NCBI GenBank assembly: GCA_902515745.1
Contig: CABXWB010000002.1
Location: forward strand, 6,515 to 70,514
Direction of reading: 5' to 3'
DNA: 64,000 bases
Source of the DNA: an uncultured Alphaproteobacteria bacterium
GTDB taxonomy: Bacteria; Pseudomonadota; Alphaproteobacteria; HIMB59; GCA-002718135
Shown: piece by piece, positions 12,371-22,152 of the stretch
Layout: each line of letters opens with the position of its first letter
Position numbering within the stretch: position 1 is the first letter of the stretch
Notes under the pieces: model-generated
The model's input: the letters and a program-made list of their open reading frames with translations, nothing else
Database searches by the model: none
Told to the model about the DNA's origin: nothing
Made by a program: the position numbers and the translations under genes

Positions 12371-12981
12371 TATTTCCTACCCTTTACAACTTTATCTATA
12401 AGACCAAATTTAATGGCTTCATCTGCTGAGAAATATTTATCTCTTTCCATTATGCTTGATATTTCTGATATTTTTTTTCCTGTATGTTTTGAATAAATTT
12501 CATTTAATTTTAACTTTGCTCTCTTTATTTCATTAGTTTGAATTTCAATATCGGTTACTTGACCTTGGTAACCTCCACTAGGTTGATGAACCATTATACG
12601 AGAATTAGGTAAAGAGAACCTCATACCTTTCTCTCCAGCTGTCAAAAGAAGAGAGCCAGCAGAAGCAGCTTGACCAATACAGATAGTCATAATTTTTGAA
12701 GAAACATATTGCATAGTATCGTAAATTGCCAAACCAGACCAAACAATACCTCCTGGTGAATTAATATAAAAAGAAATTTCTTTTTTTGGATTTTCAGACT
12801 CTAGAAATAATATTTGAGCACATATTAGACTTGCAACATTATCATCAATAGGTCCAGTAAGGAAAATTATTCTTTCTTTCAATAACCTTGAATAGATGTC
12901 ATAAGATCTTTCACCCCTTGATGATTGCTCAACAACCATTGGGATAAGATTATTTGTAATATTGTCTATGGGATTTTTCAT
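12370..12981 (-). CDS. clpP: ATP-dependent Clp protease proteolytic subunit
   Basis: 203 aa. [11 protein letters not shown] (active-site Ser) and MVHQPSGG (His). Shares 1 nt with the clpX start. Confidence 0.97.
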   Translation of the reverse strand: MKNPIDNITNNLIPMVVEQSSRGERSYDIYSRLLKERIIFLTGPIDDNVASLICAQILFLESENPKKEISFYINSPGGIVWSGLAIYDTMQYVSSKIMTICIGQAASAGSLLLTAGEKGMRFSLPNSRIMVHQPSGGYQGQVTDIEIQTNEIKRAKLKLNEIYSKHTGKKISEISSIMERDKYFSADEAIKFGLIDKVVKGRK

Positions 12982-14330
12982 CTTTTTGTATCTTTAATAT
13001 CAAATGTTTTAACTTCAAGTTTTTTATATTCATCTTCAGTTAATTTTATAACATTTGTCTTCGATTTGGAAATGATTGAATCTATTACTTTTTGCTCGAT
13101 GAGAGGTGCGCGAATTGTATCCAGGGATGATGGATTTTTTTCAAAATATTCCATAATCTGCTTTTCTTGACCTGGATATTGACTACTATATTCTAAAATT
13201 CCTTTATTTATTTCCTCCTCAGTTACAACTACTTTTTCTTCTGAGGCTATATGTTGCATTAATAATCCAAGTTTGACTCTTCTTTCTGAAATTTTTTTAT
13301 ATCTTTTTTTAAGATCGTCATCTGTTAATAACTTATCATCCTCATCTAACCTACCTTCTTTTTTAGCTTGTTCTAAACGATTCCATATTTGATTAAAATC
13401 ATCTTCTAATACTCCATCAGGTAATTCAAATTTATAATTATTATCTAAGAGATCCATCAATTCTTTTTTTTCTATTTGTTTTATTCCTTGCTCATATTGA
13501 GTTTTAATATTACTCACTAGAAACTCTCTAAGATCTTTTTCTGTTTTAAAACCATTTTTATCTAAAAACTCTTTTGTAAGTTCAAATTTAATTTTTTCTT
13601 CAATTGAAATTATTTCAAAATTAAAATTTGTTTTTTTAAATTTATCATCTTTAAGAATTTTAGATAAGTTGATTTTTAATTCAATTTTATCTCCAACTTT
13701 TACTTTTCTTTCTATCAATTCTTTATTTAAACCTGGAAGCATTCCATCATCAAAACCCAAATCAATTGGAAAATTTTTTTGAGATTTTAAATATTCTGGA
13801 AGGTTTTGTTGAGCAGATTCAAAATTAACAATAACCTTGTCAGAATTTTTAACCTGTCTTAAACTTTCAATTTTTTTAAAATTTTTTTGTGAGTCAATAA
13901 AACTCTTAAATTGATTTTCTTCTGATTTTTTATCTAATGCAATTTCATACTTATTAATTTTAAGATTTTTTAAATCTTTAAGTTTAATTTCAGGTTTTAA
14001 ATCAAATTTTAAATTTATAGTTATTGGCTTATTTTTTTCATAGTTACTAAGCTCAACTTTAGGAGCTCTAAAAAGAGAAAATTTTTTTTCATCAATTAAT
14101 TTTTTTGTATTTGTATCTATTACTTTTTGAATTACTTCATTTAACACATTATCTTCATATTTTTTTTTAACAATATTTAGTGGAGCTTTACCTTTTCTAA
14201 AACCAGGGATATTAACAGTAGGTAGTATTTGACTTATTTTTTTATCTACTTCATTATCGATTTCTTCATAAGGAATTTCTAATGAGTATTCCTTGTAAAG
14301 TTTTGTTGATTTTAATTCTTTTGTATTCAT
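12978..14330 (-). CDS. tig: Trigger factor
   Basis: 450 aa, acidic and lysine-rich. N-terminal ribosome-binding region GFRKGKAP. Conserved position upstream of clpP, with a 4-nt overlap. Confidence 0.92.
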   Translation of the reverse strand: MNTKELKSTKLYKEYSLEIPYEEIDNEVDKKISQILPTVNIPGFRKGKAPLNIVKKKYEDNVLNEVIQKVIDTNTKKLIDEKKFSLFRAPKVELSNYEKNKPITINLKFDLKPEIKLKDLKNLKINKYEIALDKKSEENQFKSFIDSQKNFKKIESLRQVKNSDKVIVNFESAQQNLPEYLKSQKNFPIDLGFDDGMLPGLNKELIERKVKVGDKIELKINLSKILKDDKFKKTNFNFEIISIEEKIKFELTKEFLDKNGFKTEKDLREFLVSNIKTQYEQGIKQIEKKELMDLLDNNYKFELPDGVLEDDFNQIWNRLEQAKKEGRLDEDDKLLTDDDLKKRYKKISERRVKLGLLMQHIASEEKVVVTEEEINKGILEYSSQYPGQEKQIMEYFEKNPSSLDTIRAPLIEQKVIDSIISKSKTNVIKLTEDEYKKLEVKTFDIKDTKR

Positions 14331-14346
14331 ATTTTATCAATCCAAA

Positions 14347-14431
14347 TGGTAGGCCGGAAAGGACTTGAACCTTCACACCTCGCGGCACTAGAACCTAAAT
14401 CTAGCGTGTCTACCAATTCCACCACCGGCCC
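14347..14431 (-). tRNA. tRNA-Leu (anticodon UAG)
   Basis: Reverse complement GGGCCGGTGGTGGAATTGGTAGACACGCTAGATTTAGGTTCTAGTGCCGCGAGGTGTGAAGGTTCAAGTCCTTTCCGGCCTACCA. It has a long variable arm, and the anticodon loop TTTAGGT gives TAG. Confidence 0.9.
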
Positions 14432-14497
14432 TATTTTTAAAAGCCTTTTATTTACAATAAATTAAAAAACAATAGAGAAAATTAACTAAATAAAAAT

Positions 14498-14575
14498 TGG
14501 GGCGAACGATGGGATTCGAACCCACGGCATCAGGCACCACAAGCCTGCGCTCTAACCAACTGAGCTACGCTCGCC
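14498..14575 (-). tRNA. tRNA-His (anticodon GUG) with encoded G-1
   Basis: Reverse complement GGCGAGCGTAGCTCAGTTGGTTAGAGCGCAGGCTTGTGGTGCCTGATGCCGTGGGTTCGAATCCCATCGTTCGCCCCA. The anticodon loop TTGTGGT gives GTG. There is an extra 5-prime G opposite discriminator C, as in bacterial tRNA-His. Confidence 0.9.
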
Positions 14576-14627
14576 ATAAAACATAATTAAAAGTTTAATT
14601 TTTATATTAAATCGCTATATCAAAAAT

Positions 14628-15785
14628 ATGGAAGTTTCAAAAAGAATATTTAATTTAGAAACAGAAACAGCATTCTCTATTCTTGCTAAAGCCAATGATT
14701 TAGTAGCCAAAGGTAAAGATATTATCAATTTGGGAATTGGACAACCTGATTTTCCAACACCAATTAATATTCAAGAAGCTGCTATTAAAGCAATTAAAGA
14801 TGGGTATCATGGATATACTCCATCAAATGGTATACCTGAATTACGAGATGCAATTTCAGAATTAGTACTCAATAAATATAAAACAAATATCAAACCAGAA
14901 AATATTTTAATAACTCCAGGAGGTAAGCCAGTAATTTTCATTTCAGCATTATTGTTAGGAAGTGAAGACTCAGAAATAATTTTTCCCGATCCTGGTTTTC
15001 CAATTTATAGATCTATGATTAAATATAGTGGCGCAAAGGCTGTACCATTGCAACTCTCTGAAAAAGATAATTTTGAAATTAATACTCAACAATTAAAAGA
15101 ATTAATTTCTGATAAAACAAGTTTGATAATAATAAATAATCCTAACAATCCAACAGGATCATATATGAATAAAAAAAAAATTACTGATCTTGTTAATTTA
15201 TTAGAGCAGTACCCAAACGTATGCATTTTAAGTGATGAAATTTATAGTAATATTATTTTTAATAATGAACAAATGCCATCATTATTAGAATACGAAAGTA
15301 TAAGGGATAGATTAATAGTTCTTGAGGGATGGAGCAAAACATATTGTATGACTGGATGGAGATTAGGTTGGAGTATATGGCCAGAAAATTTAATTGAACA
15401 TGCTAACAAAATATGTGTGAATTATAATTCCTGCGCTACCTCAATTTCACAATATGCAGGATTAGAGGCAATAAAAGGTTCTCAGAAAGAAATAACAAAA
15501 ATTGTTAATGAATTTCAAAAAAGAAAAGAATACGTTTTCAATGAATTGAATAAATTAGAAAAAATTTCTTGTTTTGAACCGGGTGGTGCTTTTTATGCTT
15601 TCCCAAATATATCAAAAACTGGATTAAGTGGAAATAAATTTGCAGAAGTAGCACTTCAAGAAAAAGGTGTTGCTTTAGTTCCAGGCTCTAGCTTTGGAGA
15701 TAATGCTAATGAATTTGTTAGAATAAGTTTTGCTAATTCGATAGAAAACATTAAAGAAGCAATTAAAAGATTATCTACAATATGA
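14628..15785 (+). CDS. Pyridoxal-phosphate-dependent aminotransferase, class I (aspartate/aromatic type)
   Basis: 385 aa. Has NNPNNPTG and the PLP-lysine context WSKTYCMTGWRLGW. The stop overlaps the PII start (ATGA). Confidence 0.9.
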   Translation: MEVSKRIFNLETETAFSILAKANDLVAKGKDIINLGIGQPDFPTPINIQEAAIKAIKDGYHGYTPSNGIPELRDAISELVLNKYKTNIKPENILITPGGKPVIFISALLLGSEDSEIIFPDPGFPIYRSMIKYSGAKAVPLQLSEKDNFEINTQQLKELISDKTSLIIINNPNNPTGSYMNKKKITDLVNLLEQYPNVCILSDEIYSNIIFNNEQMPSLLEYESIRDRLIVLEGWSKTYCMTGWRLGWSIWPENLIEHANKICVNYNSCATSISQYAGLEAIKGSQKEITKIVNEFQKRKEYVFNELNKLEKISCFEPGGAFYAFPNISKTGLSGNKFAEVALQEKGVALVPGSSFGDNANEFVRISFANSIENIKEAIKRLSTI

Positions 15786-16123
15786 AAAAAATAGAAGCAA
15801 TCATTAAACCATTTAAACTTTCTCAAGTTAAAGAAGCTTTACATGAACTTGGAATATCCGGGATGACATTAGTAGATGTAAAAGGTTTTGGTAGACAAAG
15901 AGGATCAACTGGTGGAATTGATCCTAATGATGGGTATGATGATGAATTTTTAGCAAAAATGAAACTTGAAGTAATCGTCGAAGACAATCAAGTGGATAAT
16001 GTTATTGAGTCAATAAAAACTAGCGCTTATTCAGGAAAAATTGGTGATGGTAAGATTTTTGTATCGAATATTGAGCAGGTAATTAGAATAAGGACTGGTG
16101 AAAAAGACAGTGATGCTGTCTAA
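15782..16123 (+). CDS. glnB: Nitrogen regulatory protein P-II with divergent T-loop
   Basis: 113 aa. MKKIEAIIKPFKL, GFGRQ, GKIGDGKIFV and IRIRTGE are canonical PII motifs. The T-loop reads RQRGSTGGIDPNDGYDDEF instead of RQKGHTELYRGAEYMVDF. Confidence 0.9.
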   Translation: MKKIEAIIKPFKLSQVKEALHELGISGMTLVDVKGFGRQRGSTGGIDPNDGYDDEFLAKMKLEVIVEDNQVDNVIESIKTSAYSGKIGDGKIFVSNIEQVIRIRTGEKDSDAV

Positions 16124-16166
16124 TTTTTCTTTACTTTTATATAAAACCTTGTAATTAACCAATAAT

Positions 16167-16214
16167 CGTTCAACTCTTTTAGAGTCGGAAGTAGGCATTG
16201 TGCCGAAGGAACGC
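16167..16214 (+). promoter_or_regulatory. Glutamine riboswitch aptamer (glnA RNA motif), copy 1
   Basis: CGTTCAACTCTTTTAGAGTCGGAAGTAGGCATTGTGCCGAAGGAACGC. Closing helix is CGUUC/GAACG and the first hairpin is ACUCU/AGAGU. The conserved UCGGAAGUAGG core is present, followed by hairpin GGCA/UGCC and GAAGGAACGC. Confidence 0.8.
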
Positions 16215-16231
16215 ATGCAAAAGTTATAAAT

Positions 16232-16282
16232 CGTTCAACCTATTATAATAGGTCGGAAGTAAGCCAAAAGCTGAAGGAACGC
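16232..16282 (+). promoter_or_regulatory. Glutamine riboswitch aptamer (glnA RNA motif), copy 2
   Basis: CGTTCAACCTATTATAATAGGTCGGAAGTAAGCCAAAAGCTGAAGGAACGCG. Same architecture as copy 1, with compensatory hairpins (ACCUAUU/AAUAGGU and AGC/GCU). It ends 88 nt upstream of the glnA ATG. Confidence 0.8.
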
Positions 16283-16369
16283 GCATCAAAAGCAGATTTC
16301 ATAACTAGAGCATGATTTAACCGGGTAACGCTGGATAGCATACCCTTTTGTTGAAGTAAGGAGATAGAT

Positions 16370-17800
16370 ATGAAATTAAAAAGCTCGACTCCAAAAGATT
16401 TAATGTCTGAAATTAAAGATATGGACATTAAGATGGTTGATATGCGCTTTACTGATATACCAGGAACAACTCAACATTTTACAATACCAATTAAATTTTT
16501 AGACGAAGATATATTTTCTGATGGACTTGGTTTTGATGGATCTTCAGTAAGAGGTTTCCAAGAAATTCAAGACAGTGATATGATTGTTTTGCCAGATGCA
16601 ACTACTGCATACATTGATCCATTTTTTTCAGAAAAAACTTTAGCATTGCATTGTAATATTAAAGATCCTGTAACTTTGGTTGATTATAGTCGTGACCCAA
16701 GAAATATTGCTAAAAAAGCTGAAGCCTATTTAAAATCATCTGGTATCGGCGACACAGCATTTTTTGGTCCAGAAGCAGAATTTTTTGTCTTTAATAATGT
16801 TCAGTTTGATTCGGGATCAAACTTTGCATTTCATGAAGTTGATTCTGTTGAAGGTACTTGGAATAGTGGCGCAGATGAAAATCCAAACCTAGGACATAAA
16901 CCTAGACATAAAGAAGGTTATTTTCCTTTACCACCAGTAGATACACTTCAAGATGTAAGAACTGAAATGGTAATGACCATGCAAGACATTGGTCTGACTG
17001 TTGAAGCACATCACCACGAAGTTGCAACAGGTGGACAGTGTGAAATTGATTTAGAATTTTCACCACTCTTGAAGATGGCTGATGATATGATGAAATATAA
17101 GTATGTTGTTAAAAATGTTGCGAGGCAACATGGAATGACTGCTACATTTATGCCTAAACCTTTATTTGAAGATAACGGTTCAGGTATGCACGTGCATCAA
17201 AGTGTTTGGAAAGACGGTGACACATTAATGTATAAAGAGGGTAACTATGCTAACCTAAGTGATTTAGCTCTAAATTATATTGGCGGTATACTTAAACATG
17301 CACCTGCTCTTTTAGCTTTTTGTGCTCCTACTACTAATTCTTATAAAAGATTGGTCCCAGGCTTTGAGGCTCCTGTGAACATTGTTTATTCTCAAAGAAA
17401 TAGAACTGCATCTGTGAGAATTCCTGCTTATTCTCAAAGCCCTAAGGCAAAAAGAATGGAATTTAGATGCCCAGATCCAAGTGCAAACCCATACTTAGCA
17501 TTCTCAGCAATGCTAATGGCAGGATTAGATGGAATTAAAAACAAAATTGATCCCGGTGATCCAACAGATATAAATCTCTACGCTGCTAGCGATGAAGTTT
17601 TGTCTAAAATTCAATCTACGCCTGGATCTTTAGCTGAATCTCTTGAAGCTCTTGAAAAAGATCATGCATTTTTATTAGAGGGTGATGTATTCACCAAAGA
17701 TGTAATTGAAACTTATATTGGCTATAAAAAAGAGAGTGAGGTTGACCCTATTAATATTAGACCTCATCCTCACGAGTTCAAATTATACTACGACGTATAG
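16370..17800 (+). CDS. glnA: Glutamine synthetase, type I
   Basis: 476 aa. Has [18 protein letters not shown] and [13 protein letters not shown], plus an NLY Tyr context near the C-terminus. SD AAGGAG lies 7 nt upstream. Confidence 0.97.
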   Translation: MKLKSSTPKDLMSEIKDMDIKMVDMRFTDIPGTTQHFTIPIKFLDEDIFSDGLGFDGSSVRGFQEIQDSDMIVLPDATTAYIDPFFSEKTLALHCNIKDPVTLVDYSRDPRNIAKKAEAYLKSSGIGDTAFFGPEAEFFVFNNVQFDSGSNFAFHEVDSVEGTWNSGADENPNLGHKPRHKEGYFPLPPVDTLQDVRTEMVMTMQDIGLTVEAHHHEVATGGQCEIDLEFSPLLKMADDMMKYKYVVKNVARQHGMTATFMPKPLFEDNGSGMHVHQSVWKDGDTLMYKEGNYANLSDLALNYIGGILKHAPALLAFCAPTTNSYKRLVPGFEAPVNIVYSQRNRTASVRIPAYSQSPKAKRMEFRCPDPSANPYLAFSAMLMAGLDGIKNKIDPGDPTDINLYAASDEVLSKIQSTPGSLAESLEALEKDHAFLLEGDVFTKDVIETYIGYKKESEVDPINIRPHPHEFKLYYDV

Positions 17801-17820
17801 AATTATACTTATCTCTATAA

Positions 17821-17850
17821 AAAAAAACCGCCTTAGGGCGGTTTTTTTTT
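17821..17850 (+). terminator. Intrinsic (bidirectional-looking) terminator after glnA
   Basis: AAAAAAACCGCC-TTAG-GGCGGTTTTTTTTT: a GC stem flanked by an A-run and a 9-T run, 20 nt after the glnA stop. Confidence 0.85.
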
Positions 17851-17886
17851 ATGTTTTTAGAACAACACTTTTGATAAGAAATATTT

Positions 17887-19821
17887 GTGGCTAAAAAATC
17901 TACTTATAATGCTAGGGATATTGAAGTACTTGAAGGTCTTGAACCTGTTCGTAAAAGACCAGGAATGTATATTGGAAGCACAAACCAAGATGGCCTTCAT
18001 CATTTAGTTAATGAGGTATTAGATAATAGTATAGATGAAGTTTTAGCAGGTCATGCAACTGATATAAGTTTTCAATATAAAAAAGATGGTTCGATAAAAA
18101 TAAAAGATAATGGAAGAGGTATTCCTATTGATTTTCATCCAAAATATAAAAATAAAAGAGCACTTGAGGTAGTTTTAACTACACTTCACGCAGGTGGTAA
18201 ATTTAACAGCAATGCCTACAAAACCTCTGGTGGATTACACGGGGTTGGGATTTCTGTTGTAAATGCATTAAGCTCTTTATTAAAAGTTCAAGTCTTCAAA
18301 GATGGAAAAGTATATCAGCAAGATTATTCAAAAGGGAAAGTTAAAACAAAAATAAAAATTGAAAAATGTAGCAAAAAATTAAAAGGTACAGAAATTTCTT
18401 TTACCCCAGATGAAAGCATATTTGAAGAAACACAATTTGTTCCAAAAAAATTATATAATTTTATAAATATGAAATCAGTATTAGTTGGAGGAACAACCAT
18501 CAACTTTGAAATTGATAAAGAATTAATTAAAGATAAAACTCCTAACAAAAAAAGTTTTTTTTATAAAAAAGGAATTGAAGATTATTTTCAATTAGAATTC
18601 GCAAACAACTCTAAATTATTCGAAAAAAATTTTTTATTAAAATCAAAAATTAAAGATAATGAAAATTTTGAAACATTAATTTCATTTAATACAAATGAAA
18701 ATTCAAGCTTAATGTCATATTGTAACACTATTGCAACACCAGATGGTGGCTCTCATGAAAATGGTATTCGTAATGGAATTTTAAAAGCTATAAAACTTTA
18801 TGGCCAAAAAAATCAATTCTCAAAAATTAGTAATATTAATCACAGTGATATTTTTGATTACTCTAACTTAATTATTTCAATCTTTATCAATGATCCAAGT
18901 TTTGAAGGTCAAACTAAAAAAAGAATAATAATGCCAAATTTACAAAAAGAAATTGAAACAAAAACACAACAAGAATTTTTATTATGGTTAAATGCTAACA
19001 AGAAAAATTCAAAAATACTTTTAGATAATTTAATTGAAAGAGCACTTCAGAGAACAGATTTATCAAAAATTAAAGAGTTAGATAGAAAAAGTATTAAAGA
19101 AAGAAATCGTCTTCCAGGTAAATTGGTAGATTGTTCAAGTAAATCTATAAAAGACTCAGAGATTTTTATTGTTGAAGGTGACAGTGCCGGAGGTTCTGCT
19201 AAGCAAGCAAGAAATAGAGAATTTCAAGCAATTCTTCCTTTAAGAGGAAAAATATTAAATGTTTATAATGTTGGGTTATCTAAAATTGCTGATAACAATG
19301 AAATACAAAATCTTATTCAATCGTTAGGTTGTGGTATTGGAAAAAATTTTGAAATTTCAAAACTTCGTTATGAGAAAATAATACTAATGACGGATGCAGA
19401 TGTCGATGGTTCGCATATTGCAACTCTACTTATCACTTTTTTTTATAAATATATGAAAAGTTTAATTGATGAAAATAAACTATATCTAGCAATGCCTCCT
19501 CTATTTAAAATTTATAACAAAAATAAATCTTTTTATGCATATGATGAAAAAGAGAAAGATAAATTAATTGAAAAAGAATTTAAGTCTGACAATTATAACA
19601 TTACAAGATTTAAAGGTTTGGGTGAAATGCCAGCTGATCAATTGAAAGAGACAACAATGGATCAAAATAAAAGAAACTTGATATTAATTAATTCTGAAAA
19701 AGCAAAGAAAGATTTAAAAAATACAGAAAATTTATTTGAAACGTTAATGGGAAAACAAGCAGAGTTACGTTTTAAATTTATTCAAAATAATGCTAATTTC
19801 ATCAAAAATTTAGATGTTTAA
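17887..19821 (+). CDS. parE: DNA topoisomerase IV subunit B
   Basis: 644 aa. GHKL ATPase N-terminus (LEGLEPVRKRPGMYIGST, VNEVLDNSIDE), Toprim EGDSAGGSAK and MTDADVDGSHI. The length fits ParE rather than the ~800-aa GyrB. GTG start. Confidence 0.88.
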   Translation: MAKKSTYNARDIEVLEGLEPVRKRPGMYIGSTNQDGLHHLVNEVLDNSIDEVLAGHATDISFQYKKDGSIKIKDNGRGIPIDFHPKYKNKRALEVVLTTLHAGGKFNSNAYKTSGGLHGVGISVVNALSSLLKVQVFKDGKVYQQDYSKGKVKTKIKIEKCSKKLKGTEISFTPDESIFEETQFVPKKLYNFINMKSVLVGGTTINFEIDKELIKDKTPNKKSFFYKKGIEDYFQLEFANNSKLFEKNFLLKSKIKDNENFETLISFNTNENSSLMSYCNTIATPDGGSHENGIRNGILKAIKLYGQKNQFSKISNINHSDIFDYSNLIISIFINDPSFEGQTKKRIIMPNLQKEIETKTQQEFLLWLNANKKNSKILLDNLIERALQRTDLSKIKELDRKSIKERNRLPGKLVDCSSKSIKDSEIFIVEGDSAGGSAKQARNREFQAILPLRGKILNVYNVGLSKIADNNEIQNLIQSLGCGIGKNFEISKLRYEKIILMTDADVDGSHIATLLITFFYKYMKSLIDENKLYLAMPPLFKIYNKNKSFYAYDEKEKDKLIEKEFKSDNYNITRFKGLGEMPADQLKETTMDQNKRNLILINSEKAKKDLKNTENLFETLMGKQAELRFKFIQNNANFIKNLDV

Positions 19822-19822
19822 T

Positions 19823-21304
19823 ATGAGCAAATTTTTCCTAGTTATAGATCAAGGGACAACAAGTTCAAGAATTGTACTATATGATCAAAAATTTGAAATA
19901 TTTGATTTTGTCCAAAAAGAATTTGAACAATATTTTCCAAATGAAGGATGGGTAGAGCATAATGCAACAGAAATTTGGAACGATGTAAAAAATTTAATTT
20001 CAAAAATACTAAAAAAAAATAAGTTAATTGCAAAAAATATAATTTCAATTGGAATTACCAATCAACGAGAAACAACAGTTTTATGGAATAAAAAAACTGG
20101 GAAACCAATTTATAGAGCAATAGTCTGGCAAGATAGAAGAACAGCTAATCTTTGTGAAAAGTTAAAAAGAAAAGGGATTGATAAAAAAATTCAAAAAATA
20201 ACTGGTTTAGAGCTTGATCCTTATTTTTCTGCTACTAAAATTAAATGGATTATAGATAACGTTAAGGAAGTAAATAAAAATTTAAAGAATAATAATTTAC
20301 TTTTTGGAACTATAGATACCTGGCTATTATGGAATTTAACCAAAGGAAAATCTCACCTAACAGATATATCAAATGCCTCAAGAACCATGATTTTTGATTC
20401 TCAAAAAGAAAAATGGTCAGACGAAATTTTAAAATTATTTAAAATTCCAAAAAAAATCTTACCAAGTGTAGTTGAAAATGCATATGATTTTGGCTCTACT
20501 AAATTATTTGGTGATACAATACCAATTGGCGGCATGGCTGGAGACCAACAATCAGCATCAATTGGTCAAGCTTGTTTTAAAAAAGGGCAATCAAAAAGTA
20601 CGTATGGTACAGGTTGTTTTCTTCTTATGAATATTGGTGAAAAATTTAAATTATCTAAGAATAGATTACTAACAACTGTTGCATTTAAAATTAATGGTAA
20701 AAAAATGTTTTGTTATGAAGGAAGTATTTTTGTAGCAGGCTCTGCCATACAATGGCTTAGGGACAATTTAAAATTTATAAAAGATTCTAGTGAAACTGAT
20801 AAATTGTATAAAAAAGCTAATAAAGATGAAAATTTATTTTTTGTCCCAGCCTTAACTGGACTTGGAGCACCATATTGGAACCCTAATGCGAGAGGAACAT
20901 TTTTTGGTATCACTAGAAATACATCTAAAGAAAATATCATCAAAGCAACTTTGGATAGCCTATCTTATCAAACTTATGAATTAATTGAGTGTATGGAAAA
21001 AGATTCTAAAACAAAGATTAGTGAAATACGAGTTGATGGTGGTATGGTCAAAAATAATAGCTTTTTACAAAGTTTAGCAAATGTTTCTCAAATTAAAATT
21101 ATTAGACCAAGTAATATTGAGACTACTTCACTTGGGGCAGCATATCTTGCAGCAATTCAATCTGGATATTTAAAAAATACAAGCCAAATAAATAAATTTT
21201 GGAAAAAAGATAAAATAGTAAAAGCAAATATTCGCAAATCCATTTCAACATCTAGTATTATTAAGTGGAAATCAATTATTAATGTAGTTAATAATTTTTA
21301 TTAA
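19823..21304 (+). CDS. glpK: Glycerol kinase
   Basis: FGGY kinase with LVIDQGTTSSR and NQRETTVLWNKKTGKP. The ORF is open from 19814 and overlaps the parE stop. The ATG at 19823 (MSKFFLVIDQG) fits usual GlpK N-termini. Confidence 0.92.
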   Translation: MSKFFLVIDQGTTSSRIVLYDQKFEIFDFVQKEFEQYFPNEGWVEHNATEIWNDVKNLISKILKKNKLIAKNIISIGITNQRETTVLWNKKTGKPIYRAIVWQDRRTANLCEKLKRKGIDKKIQKITGLELDPYFSATKIKWIIDNVKEVNKNLKNNNLLFGTIDTWLLWNLTKGKSHLTDISNASRTMIFDSQKEKWSDEILKLFKIPKKILPSVVENAYDFGSTKLFGDTIPIGGMAGDQQSASIGQACFKKGQSKSTYGTGCFLLMNIGEKFKLSKNRLLTTVAFKINGKKMFCYEGSIFVAGSAIQWLRDNLKFIKDSSETDKLYKKANKDENLFFVPALTGLGAPYWNPNARGTFFGITRNTSKENIIKATLDSLSYQTYELIECMEKDSKTKISEIRVDGGMVKNNSFLQSLANVSQIKIIRPSNIETTSLGAAYLAAIQSGYLKNTSQINKFWKKDKIVKANIRKSISTSSIIKWKSIINVVNNFY

Positions 21305-22109
21305 GATTTAACCAATTTGAAATTTCTAAAGAATGGATGTCTTCATCAAGTACATCATCATAAATTTGTAATTCTTTTTTTTCAAGATTATCAGGGTTTT
21401 GTAAAATCGTCTTTTCGTTTTCAAATTCTGATAAATTTTCATATACTTTTTGTTCCAACAAAATATCTCTTCTCATTTCCATAAGTCCAGCCATCCATTT
21501 TGGATTAAATTCTGGATGATATTGTACTGCCCAAATACTTGATTGGTTTGCTTCAAAACTTATAGATTGAAATTTGCTGATCTTATTTGAAGCTAGGACT
21601 TTGGTTTCTTTTGGAAGATTTTCTGCTTCATCATAATGCCAACAGAGTGCATTAAATGATTTTTTTTTATTCTTATACATAGTGTGAACTTCACCATCTT
21701 GATTTAATGTAATATTTTTGGCTAAAACTGCTTCAAGTCCATTTGGATTTTTTCTTACTTTACCTCCTGCAGCAGTAACTAAAACCTGAAGCCCCCAACA
21801 ACTTCCAAATATTTTATTTTTTCTTTTAAATAGTTCTTTAGCTAACTCTATTTGATTGGTTATGGACTTTGTCTCATTATATATATTTAGCAAACTTCCC
21901 GTCCAAGCAACCGCTTCGAAGTCATCAAGACTTATGCCTAAAGGAAGATAATTATTATGAACTGCAGGATGAATTGTTGTAATATTGATTGTTGAACTAG
22001 AATATTTTTTTAAAATTTTTTCATATACTTGAAATTGAGTATCCATACCTAATTTTGTATATCGATCAGAAGCTTCTTTTTCATTTCCATCAACTAATAA
22101 TATGTTCAT
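21288..22109 (-). CDS. Class-I glutamine amidotransferase-like protein
   Basis: 273 aa. Nucleophile elbow GSCWGLQ and QYHPEF (His-Glu) of the GATase1 triad. The 3-prime end overlaps glpK by 17 nt. Confidence 0.78.
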   Translation of the reverse strand: MNILLVDGNEKEASDRYTKLGMDTQFQVYEKILKKYSSSTINITTIHPAVHNNYLPLGISLDDFEAVAWTGSLLNIYNETKSITNQIELAKELFKRKNKIFGSCWGLQVLVTAAGGKVRKNPNGLEAVLAKNITLNQDGEVHTMYKNKKKSFNALCWHYDEAENLPKETKVLASNKISKFQSISFEANQSSIWAVQYHPEFNPKWMAGLMEMRRDILLEQKVYENLSEFENEKTILQNPDNLEKKELQIYDDVLDEDIHSLEISNWLNLNKNY

Positions 22110-22152
22110 ATTTATCTTTATTTTTCATCTATCATGAAATATGTAAAACTTC

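Noticed and set aside
15171-15181. A-run of about 11 nt inside the aminotransferase gene (KKKI), considered as a slippage or frameshift site.
   Set aside because: The reading frame is continuous and the protein is full length with an intact PLP motif. Homopolymer runs are common at this AT content.
16124-16166. Looked for a sigma-54 (TGGCAC-N5-TTGC) promoter upstream of the riboswitch and glnA, as in NtrC-controlled glnA genes.
   Set aside because: No GG-N10-GC element of that type is visible in the spacer. I do not call a promoter because AT-rich sequence makes -10/-35 guesses meaningless.
16031-16428. Two 61-aa minus-strand ORFs (16031-16216 and 16243-16428).
   Set aside because: They lie antisense to the PII 3-prime end, the two GC-rich riboswitch aptamers and the glnA start. 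They are an artefact of aptamer composition.
9234-21000. Other antisense ORFs in lon, clpP/tig, glnA 3-prime, parE and glpK (9234-9491, 10686-10886, 12925-13170, 17706-17894, 18324-18548, 19842-20048, 20713-20943).
   Set aside because: Each is embedded opposite or out of frame in a strongly supported CDS. None has an RBS or a recognisable motif.
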